Of a DNA stretch of 20,000 nucleotides, positions 1 to 9,110 are shown piece after piece; position 1 is the first letter of the stretch; each line of letters begins with the position of its first letter. This DNA is from Catajapyx aquilonaris (Eukaryota), in contig JYFJ02001779.1 of the NCBI GenBank assembly GCA_000934665.2, positions 49,763-69,762 of the forward strand, written 5' to 3'. The translations under genes and the position numbers were made by a program. The notes beneath the pieces are model-generated. The model was not told the DNA's origin. It did not search any database and saw only the letters and a list, made by a program, of their open reading frames with translations.

Positions 1-55
1 CGCTCAATCAGTTCAGCAGGATATGATACGGTGTTATTTCTTAGACCAAAGCTTT

Positions 56-88
56 CATGTTATTTCTGAGAAACAAAGAAATAACATG
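56..88. repeat. Perfect 12-bp inverted repeat with a 9-nt spacer
   Basis: CATGTTATTTCT (56-67), GAGAAACAA, AGAAATAACATG (77-88). A further partial copy, TGTTATTTCT, lies at 32-41. Confidence 0.8.
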
Positions 89-3000
89 GAACAGAGCCCA
101 TCACCTCGCAGATTGTTATTTGACGGCTCGATACCAAACCTCGCCTCCAACTTTGGCCATAATATTCAGCATCCTTTCCTTCACATACAGGAAACCTGAA
201 CGTAAGAGTAAATCCTCCCAGACTTGAATCAAGTCACGTTTCAATAGAACTCTAGTTCGTTTCTGAGCATTTCGCAGCCTCGTGATGCATAGAAGTATAA
301 TTATAACTCCCACGATTCTAGGGTGGTTTTGCTTTTAGGAGGTGCGTTTTCTCGAGCAGTTTAATTCAAGTCGAAATTTTCTATCATTTGCGCTCACGAA
401 TTCTCTCCCTGGAGGACCCAACTTCCATTCCAATCACGTACTTTTTCATCCTCATTCCTTGTTCGTGTCACACCATTGATTAAAACCGTCCATTGGGAGA
501 GGGATGATTCCAGCTATTCATCATTTCGTTTGCGTCCTGACCTTTACAAAAATGTAATTTTACAGACAGTTGGGTCTAACCGACAGCCAGATCAGAGCGG
601 CCATTTTTTTACGCAGAAAATAGCACAATACTTTATCTTAGATTCAGTTTGAACTGTCAGCATTTATCATTCCAAATTAGAATATGGCCATGGAAGAGAC
701 ACAGAGGGAAATAAACTGATGGCAGTCGGCGCAATGTTTAGGAGTTATTTTTACACAAGCAGTTCATTTCATCACTGTCGCTTGTGTCTTATGAAAACAC
801 CAACGGTGACATGGATGCCCTGGACCCGAGGTCATCAGGAGTCTGTGACACTGCAGAAGTGTAATTATAGTGAGGGTCTGCTTTTGTAATGCAATTCACT
901 ACGCTTTACAATGTGTTTTGCTTGGCGAATAAAGGCTTATCCTTTCCACCTGTCTGGTTCACACATCCACTGGCTTGCCTCATTAGCTGAAAATGGAAAC
1001 TGCAGTAATTATTTGGTACCCACCTCCTCTCTGTAATTGCAGCTTGCCAGTAATTTCGGTAAACCTTTGCATGCTTTGGACATTTTGCAACTTTTAATGA
1101 GGGCAACACACGCTGTGTAGACGTTAATGGGAATTATTGTTTCGACGCTTTACTCACACTTTCATCATGTCATCCCCAAATAGTTGCGGTAAATGCTACG
1201 GATTTCTCCAATTCACTCTCTCCTGTAGGGTTCAGCTGGAAAGCATCAGTCTGCCCTTGATATCTCAAACTTGTATGGAAACAAACTTTAGCTCCGTAAA
1301 CCCCGATTTGCCCCGATGCACAACAATGATCCTGTTACATACAAACAGACCGAGTAATTCGCCAATAAAATCTGTAAATAGAAGCCAGCGTCTTCCTCTC
1401 CTTGTGGAACCATGCAGAGTCTGTTGTGGCTGACTTCAAAGTCATGGCCTCCAACCCTGATCCGACTAAGAAACAGAGTTCTGCCTTTGTGACCGCCTCT
1501 CCGAGGTTAGAGGAAATAGCTTTAGAAGCCAGTGACACCAAACTTTTGCATGCTGTTATGGGCCATTATCAGGAGAGCCAAACTTAATCCTCAAACTTAT
1601 CCAGTTTCATACCCATTTTGTGCCTATTTGCATTATAATTCGTTTGCTTTAATATGCTGCCAGACCCTATTTTGGTTTTAATATTAGCCCATCTAATGCA
1701 AGTATGGGGAGAGACTGTAACGGTGAATTACAGAGTTTAAAATGTTACAAATTTCTGCAACGACTGAACTTAATATATTACTGTTAACTGTACAGTAGGC
1801 CTACATGTACATTAATTCATGCTAATTATGTTTCGGTACATCTTCATGCGTATATTATTGCGCTGATTTAGCAGAGTTTCTATATACAGTGCAGACTTCA
1901 CAGCATATAATTATTAACCATTTCAACACTCCAGTACTGTCTTCATATTGGAATATATTCAGAATTCCAGTCCAGATTAAGCACACACGTGGCTAACACA
2001 CCAGCTCGAGTGCATAGCATACGAGTTGGCGCCTTCCTAAATTATTCATTCGATTCTTCCCGGACGTATAAACGGCCATGATTCTTCCCCGCAGACCTGT
2101 CCCAACGCGTAATTCCCATGCAAAGTAGCGGCGCAATTCGTTTTAATTAGGCCTGCACTCGTATGCTTGCGAGCACGCATAAGTGTCACCTCTCGTCGCA
2201 TCCAGTCGACTCGAACCGCTCAAGCCACCAAAGTTAAAGCCCAACCAGGGAAAAATATCTTGAGACCCCCTCGAAAAACAAGTCTAATTAGCTTGTTACG
2301 CCAACCGATCCCTTTCGTCGCAGTCCTGGTTTTGATCGGATTTGGGTCCTGCTTCCACCGCCATTTTGCCAACACTCGGTGCCGTTTCATCCACGGGAAA
2401 GTACACACACTTTGGAACCACACTAGGTACAAGGAAAAGAGACATGGAGACAACTGTTGTAAATGGAAGTGAAGGCTCTGGGGCTATATGCTTGGAGGAG
2501 AAAGCACTCTTGCGTCGCAACAGATTATTTGTTGCCGGCGGAGGAGGGTCGCCCTCCATTAACCGCCGTTGTTGGAGAGCGATTTGGTTAACCGGCGTTT
2601 AAGCTTTTCTGCTGCGCTGATGGGATAAGGTTCTTTCAGGGTAATTCCAGTTTTTTTGAGGCTGGAAGCTGGGTCTTGAAGCGTAAGCTGCTGATAGCCA
2701 AGCTGCGTGAAACCAAGACTCAGAGTAGATATTGCAACCTCACTCTTTTATAAGGATATTTAAAATCCGTTTTGGCAGATTTATATGGATTAGGAAAATT
2801 ATTTTTTTCATGATGATGAGTAAGCATAGATATACTGTGACTGTAATACTAATTTAGGCCTCCTTCGTGATGCTAAGAGCACCCAAGTGAAATACACATA
2901 GTTAAATAACACTTCCTTTGATATGATCACAACATGTGATGGAATGTTGTGAAAAATTCGTTAAAACATTTTTTTTCTAACATGAATTGGGTAATTTACT

Positions 3001-3862
3001 GCCATGCAACTGGATCCTGTTGCATTTACAAAGAGCATCAACATTAGAGTTTAATGCCTGCTGACATGGAACAAGAGCTTCGGCCCACGCTATTTTCTAA
3101 ACAGTTTGATTAACTTTAATTTATTATTAATGGCTGTGATCTAGCCGAAACTGCAGAGCCATCCCAATTAGATTTTGTTGACAAGCCCTGTACCAACCCA
3201 TGCATCGATCAGGGTTTACTTACGGTTTGTTAATTATTTACAGGAGATAGTAGTTGTCAACAATACTCATGTTCGAATTTTGTTTCATACATTACAGTAA
3301 GTATGTTGATTACAAGGTTACCAAATTGTACGCAGTGATTGAACTAATGATTTTGCGGAAATATCTAGAAAGAAGCATTAATTTGTAAAAACGGATAGAG
3401 TGAGTCCGCTTTTGATTTTCATTATTAATAATAGCGAAATAATACACATTTGTTGCAACTTAACATGGTATTTAAAAAAATAGAGAATAATGGGAACCTC
3501 TGGTGGCTTAATGAATATTTTTTAAATATGTGGAGATCAAATAAACTTCTGCCAACCCGCACTAGCTTATTTTTCAGGGAATGCACTTAAAAACTTTTCA
3601 ATCATCTTTCATCCAGTAGGAGTAATAGACGCTCTTTGTTCCGTGCAATTGGAGTGCGCTGAGAGTCTTGCACACTCGACAGGTCTTCCATTTGATTCTT
3701 GTTAGGCGGAAGTAATCAGAGTTGGAATTGCCCTGGACAAAGGCTCTAAAACTTTCCGCAGTTCCTTAGTGCGGGTATAATCGAAGACTGTCCTGTCACA
3801 CGTAAATAGGTTTAAGACATTTTGATAAGGGAATTACTCTGCTGGAGACAAAAATCAATATC

Positions 3863-3886
3863 TATAATTATGCATATAATTATGCA
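3863..3886. repeat. Perfect 12-nt tandem duplication (TATAATTATGCA)x2
   Basis: Copies are at 3863-3874 and 3875-3886. Confidence 0.8.
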
Positions 3887-6800
3887 CTTATTTTTCATAA
3901 GCTTCTTGATTCCTGCTTGCTCGTGAGAGCCTTGCATTTATGACACACCCTAATTAAGCGCACGTTATTAATCAAATCAGAAAAAGGGCTCATTGATTTC
4001 TGATGACCTTTTGTCAGGCACGTTGTCCACTGCGTGACAAAAACCTTTTCCGATACGTTACGTCCTTTCTGACGTAAGCAATCACCACGACATTTGTGTG
4101 GGATCAATAAATCTCCCTTTTCTCGACGTTTATATCCGTGGAACGTCCGCATACTTGGTAATTCCTAAGGTTTTTGGGGCGCTAAAATTTATAGTGGTGT
4201 CAGCAAGAAGGATTCTTCCTAGTTTTCTCTGAAAATCTGTATCGATAGATTGCGGCTGACGACAAGGCTGAGTCTCTGCCGAAAAAGGTATTTCTTTTGA
4301 TAGATAATTTATGAGTCGCTTCTGACGCGGCATTTCCAGGCAAGAGATGGTTTAATCTTGATCTGCATCTGCGTCATTGAAATTTTATACCAGCGAAATC
4401 TACATACCCACAGTTACGCTTGCGAAAAATTTACAAATATCACATGGGTGTAACAATATTCGTGCGTGAACATAGTATTCGAAAAATTTACAGCCATTCA
4501 TAGTTGAAATTATTTCATTAATATTTTTCAGCACGTGTTGCATAATTTATTGTGGGAATATTCTTTTGTGCGAAATTCCACACGCATAAAAATGCGAAAA
4601 GTGCACGCTCCAGCCCCCGTGGCACAATCGCATTATCCTGAAGTATGGAGGGTATTACGTGTACCTCCGTTATTTATGACGCTAATTCGTGGTCTAATAT
4701 GACTGCAATGGTATTCTATGAAACAACCTTACTCATCATAAAAGGGTGATACAGTTTCTTGCGTTCCTGGAATACGGGGTATGCAATAAAGGTCTTTCTC
4801 GCCCAAGAATAGTCACCGTCGCAAACTTTGTTGGCTGACATTATTGAAAGTGGACTCACGGGAGCAGCAGAAAACTCAAATCAGGATTGCTTCATCGCAT
4901 CCTCAGTTTATTGGGGAGACTTTGCTTTCATGGTATTGAGCACTTTTGACAGGATAATTTGGCCCTGTTTAAAGTTTAACTTTAAGATAGGCCTTACCTC
5001 TCATGCGAACGATTGTGTGGTAGCGTCATGTTCAATTTACTCAACGAGCCGTGCAAGATTGCAGGGCTTGCTTTATGCAGATAAGAAAACGTCAAAGGTG
5101 CTAAACCTCAGATACGTCACTCGTCAGGGCTTCCCACAGGAAACTTTCAGGTCGACTAGATTTTCGCGTGTATGAGGTGTAGCAAAAAGATTGCGACCTT
5201 AGCCATAATCGCAAAAGAAATACCATAGTTAATTTTGAGAGACTTCCTCTTCGTTGCAAGATAATCACACTTGATGTGGAGTGAAGCAAATCATGTACAT
5301 ATCACCTTTTCTGGCAGGCGACAAGAAATTAGCGGGCCAGCTTTCAAAAGAGTGTGCGACAGGTGACATGCGGCTTGTTCAGGCTTGTTGGACCCCGAGT
5401 CATCTGCATTTGAAAGCTGCCGGAAAGAGGAAACGCCGTCAATGTTAGGCTCCCGCGACACTACACATCGTCATTTAATTAGCTAAATGTTCGAGCTAAT
5501 AATTATCGCTAATAATTGAACTAATGGTGGTTTTATAACCAGCAGCCTCACAGCTTCGGGTTCATGAGTGTGTGCGCAACATGCGACCTTGTGGTTTCCT
5601 AAAATCTCATTTGCGGTCGAGTAGGGGTCCTCGACAATGGCCGATGTCGAATCCTCCCCGGATTCATCAATCACACATCCCGCACACGCCCCTGACTCTT
5701 ATCCGGAGATATAATGTTTGGGGCGGCCTTCAATCCGGAGGCGGCGTCTCGTGAAGCACAACCATGCTTCTCTTTTTGTTGCCGGCCACCAAATATTGGG
5801 GGATGTCCGGCACAGGCGAAACCTTCTTCACAAACCCGAGGAGATTTATGGAGGTCGCCTGCATGGGTCGGAATTGGTAGCCATTGGATGCTTATCAATT
5901 GGGTCCAACTTTGTCTTCCAAAACTTTGATTGGATTTGTGCTGATCGTGTGCTGCAGACGTGCCATTTAGAGCTGGAATCCGGGACGCAGACCAGAGATC
6001 GACAAAGTTCATCGGTTGTAAATTCAATAGTGGACTGAAAATGGCAGTGGGAAAAGGCTCGTGTTTGGAGCAATATTGGTTCAAATTTCACATGTATTTT
6101 CTGTATCATACTCGTGCCAAATGTTTCCAAAAAGATCGGTTTCAGTGTCATTTTTTTGTCTAAACAGTTGTTTCCAATAATGGTAAATGAAGAAGAGAGT
6201 TTTTTGACAATGTGAAATTTTTAAACATTTCTGCACCACCCTGTGTTTACAGGCAACATGAAACCTGACGTTGCAGTTTAATATCGGATCGATAGAAAAA
6301 TAGCTTTACCGCACCCAGTTGTTGTCAGCAGTACATGTAAATGTGGTGGATATTAGCCTATCGACACAAAAGGTGAATTGTTAGCTGTTGGATTTGGGAA
6401 GCTCGCACGGCGAATTTTAATGCTCGTTGTTTTTATCCATTATCAAGCAAATTAACAACTGAACCCTTATTTGGCCCCCATTTCTTTTGTTCTCCCTGAT
6501 AACAGTGTCCTGTCAGCGAAAAAATGGTAGTCCAAAGGTAAACACCTCCTGCCCAAGCACTGTACGCCGCCTGATGTGAACTGAGTGTAAATTCTTTTTA
6601 AATAGGGAGACACGAACCGTAAAATTAGTGCAACGCTCCGGAAAACTTCCTTTACCTTTGTGAAATTAGGCGTGGTTTTTTTTTATCGACAGTGAATTAA
6701 TTTCCGAGTGCGGCGAAATATTCAACGTCATAAATTCCAACGCTTTTTCCTTATGTGATTCGGGGCTTGGTAAAATGCCTGAAGCACGCAAAGCTGGGGG

Positions 6801-8233
6801 AAAATATTGCTACTGTATTTCCGTCAAATAACTAGAGATTCATGACTTGGTGCGGTTAATTGCGGGTCATCTCACTGCGGGTGTTGCTGGATGACTCCCT
6901 GCGGAGAGAGGTCATGGTCCTCAAAAGTTATGGTCTTTAAATTGACACGTAGCTCGAAACAGACGGACAGTAAATTGGCAATAAGTCTAGCCTTGTTAAA
7001 ACCCGGGTTTCTCCCACAGTAAAATTTTTGGAAAAAGTAAGTCCATTAGCCTGGTCGGAAATGGCTTTGTCCCGAAGGCCCGGAATGTTTGACTCTCCCA
7101 ACGGAGACAACTCTTTTCAATTAGAGACTTTCTGGTGGACATAGGGATGATTTTGAACCCGGCAATTGATGGCTGTGATGAAGATAATGAGTGATGGTGA
7201 TGAGAAGTCGCAGCTGCGTGATACGCGAGGCAGGTCATTTCAGGAGCCAAGGACAGAATGCGTGCTGCGATTTTCAATTCTCGAGGTCACTGACAACAAT
7301 ACGGGGCACTACTGACGTCCAGAGAGGGAAATCGCGAGGTTTCTTCCTGCTTTTATTGCAATACTCGGTCGCCTACTGACCCACAAACAGAGGTGCGGCA
7401 TATTCAATTTATTGCACTGCATCAGGTGCTGTTTATGCTCGTTTGAATAATGAATCATGTTAAATCCAGGAAAAATGCACATACATTTCATCGCTAATTG
7501 ATCAAGTTTTGCTCCGAACAATGTAACGCAGGAATTAAATTACTTGCTCATATAACATCCAGTTCCGCACACTACATTTAAAAAAACGCAATATTTGACC
7601 GAAATTTAACCTGTAAACGTCCGGTGTTCTAAAGTTTACAAGCGCCAAATAGTTGCGTTTACCTAACGTCTCATTCTCTACCCCCAGATTATTTTTCGCG
7701 TGTCACGCGGTGAGAAATGGATGCAAGGAAATTACTGTACGCCTTAAGGGAACTCGTATATCAGTCACTCACGACATATATCTGGCAGGTATTGAAATGC
7801 AGACGCGACACTTGTTTTCCCTCTGAGAAACCGAAGCACGTTCTTAGAGAGACAGCGCATTATTTCACGTGCTCTAATGTTCTTTTCGCTTCTTTTTTTT
7901 CTTCGGAAATATGGCGCTTTCTTTATGTTGTAATAAGGGTCTCAAGGCCTGTACCGTTTACACAAACCAGACACCCACACGATCGAGTACGTTAACATCA
8001 AGGTTTCAAGGTCAAGTTCAGATGCGTGCCGGGCTCCCTAGCCATGATTGTATAAAAATGGAAAAAAATATACTCCGACCTTTCGTGTACAAAGGTTGTT
8101 TATGCAATATTGTGACTTGCGATATCAGCAATGGTTAGAGCAGGTCAAGGCAGTTTACGCGATTCACTTGGTGATGTATGACATCCCGAAACTTGGTAAC
8201 AAAAGAGTAGAAAGCTTCGGCCTTGAACCAGAA

Positions 8234-8242
8234 TCCTACCTG
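8234..8242 (-). other. 5' splice donor CAG|GTAGGA (phase 0) ending the receptor exon
   Basis: The minus strand reads ATT CCA CAG GTAGGA, with GT at 8239-8238. The GPCR-like sequence stops here. Confidence 0.85.
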
Positions 8243-8776
8243 TGGAATGCTAAGCAGTGCACTGAGTATCCAAACCAAACTGATGAGTCGGTCGCACCTC
8301 TTGGACGTAATGCACTTCATGGGGTACCTGACCGCCACGAAACGGTCAGCACCCACCAGCACCAGTACGAATGTGCTCAGGTACAGGCTGAACATCTGGA
8401 AGTACTTGAGCCCCTTACAAACAGCATCGCCTGCTTTCCATGCCACAGTGTAGCTCCAGACAGCTTCTCCGGTCAAGCAGAAGAAGGTCACGCACAGGTC
8501 AGCAATTGATAGATGGTAAATCAGGGAGTAAACAGAGCTCCGGCTACGTTTTTGTGTCCGTTGTATGCTTATCATGGTAGCCACGTTTCCGACGAAGGAC
8601 AGGAAGGCCATCATGGTCAGCACTATAGTTTTGACCATTGCGGCCTGGTTGAACACTGGTGCGTGCGGAAGACAGGTCACGTTCAGGCTGGTCACATTCA
8701 GCCCGTGGGAAGCCAGGTCCTCGCATTCTTCCAGCGGCAGGACCTGGTTGGACAGGAAGGTCACGTTGTCCTCCAT
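8240..8776 (-). CDS. CrzR: First coding exon (179 codons; N-terminus and TM1-TM4) of a class A neuropeptide GPCR of the GnRH-receptor superfamily, most likely a corazonin receptor; partial gene
   Basis: Translation MEDNVT...CLPHAPVFNQAAMVKTIVLTMMAFLSFVGNVATMISI (TM1 GN) ...VYSLIYHLSIADLCVTFFCLTGEAVWSYTVAWKAGDAVCK (TM2 LxxAD, ECL1 WxxG, TM3 Cys) ...QMFSLYLSTFVLVLVGADRFVAVRYPM (DRY-like DRF at 8339-8347) ...VWILSALLSIPQ (TM4 W and P). As I recall them, HAP before TM1, GEAxWSYTVAW and QMFSLYLST are typical of arthropod corazonin receptors. The ATG at 8776 is in good context (ACAATGG). Similarity ends exactly at CAG|GTAGGA. The family call is firm; the CrzR subtype rests on recalled motifs, not a search. 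Confidence 0.9.
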
Positions 8777-8787
8777 TGTGTAATAAT

Positions 8788-8823
8788 TCAACCCGGAGCA
8801 CTGGATGTCACTCTCACCACCAT
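8788..8823 (-). promoter_or_regulatory. Candidate upstream ORF (MVVRVTSSAPG*) in the receptor 5' leader
   Basis: The minus strand reads CACC ATG GTG GTG AGA GTG ACA TCC AGT GCT CCG GGT TGA. It has an optimal Kozak context, is out of frame with the receptor, and stops 11 nt before the receptor ATG. Whether it is included in the mRNA is unproven. Confidence 0.5.
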
Positions 8824-9025
8824 GGTGTTTGAAGCCCAGAAACAAACAAACAAAAAAGCCCGGCTTTCTCTTGACCTTCTGAGCCAGCCCCCACCAATTG
8901 GTCAGGTGGGTGCTGAGGTTTTGACCCCACGTCCGACCCGGGGCTTCACAAACCCCGCTCTGAATGGATCCGAAGTGTGGCTGGGGAGGATAGCAAAGAG
9001 TTGGGAGGGTGGTGGCAGGAGGAGA

Positions 9026-9031
9026 AACTGA
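9026..9031 (-). promoter_or_regulatory. Arthropod Initiator-like motif TCAGTT (possible transcription start, an alternative to the acceptor model)
   Basis: The + strand AACTGA reads TCAGTT on the minus strand, matching the Inr consensus TCAKTY about 250 nt upstream of the ATG. A 6-mer can occur by chance. Confidence 0.2.
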
Positions 9032-9090
9032 GCAAGCGCCGAGCTAATAGACTTGGTGTATATGTCACGAGTATAAGAGTGGATTAAATT

Positions 9091-9110
9091 CTGAAGTGAG
9101 AAAGTGTGTG
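9091..9110 (-). other. Candidate 3' splice acceptor (pyrimidine-rich tract + TTCAG) opening the 5'UTR part of the receptor exon
   Basis: The minus strand reads CACACACTTTCTCACTTCAG|AATT. It lies near the shift from AT-rich upstream DNA to the GC-richer leader at ~8780-9050. No transcript evidence is available. Confidence 0.35.

Larger units (their letters stand above)
1..8239 (-). other. Intron of the receptor gene (partial, >8.2 kb; next exon probably lies beyond the left edge of the window)
   Basis: Begins at the GT donor. By eye I found no minus-strand sequence resembling ECL2/TM5-TM7 (e.g. GPF..FxQCVT, WQEQLY, CWxPY, NPxxY). A short exon could have been missed. Confidence 0.65.

Noticed and set aside
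906..1587. Short ORFs on both strands as downstream receptor exons or a transposase remnant
   Set aside because: There are no TM5-TM7 motifs and no DDE, reverse transcriptase or zinc-finger signature that I can recognise, and the frames are broken by stops.
5483..6163. Cluster of overlapping 60-137 aa ORFs
   Set aside because: The ORFs occur in many frames of a locally GC-richer stretch and show no domain similarity. A GTCGAATCC T-loop-like string near 5646 lacks the rest of a tRNA cloverleaf.
8339..8347. DRF instead of DRY as a novelty
   Set aside because: The third position of this motif varies widely in the GnRH/AKH/corazonin receptor family.
8135..8845. The full 236-aa ORF as a complete protein
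   Set aside because: The ORF caller's start at 8845 is not an ATG and the first Met is at 8776. The last 34 residues lie beyond a canonical splice donor, and only 4 of 7 TM helices are present.
8048..9031. Plus-strand ORFs 8048..8509 (153 aa) and 8513..9031 (172 aa), in one frame, as an antisense gene
   Set aside because: They are codon-aligned antisense shadows of the GC3-rich receptor exon, separated by two stops (TGA TAG at 8507-8512), and they contain no recognisable domain.
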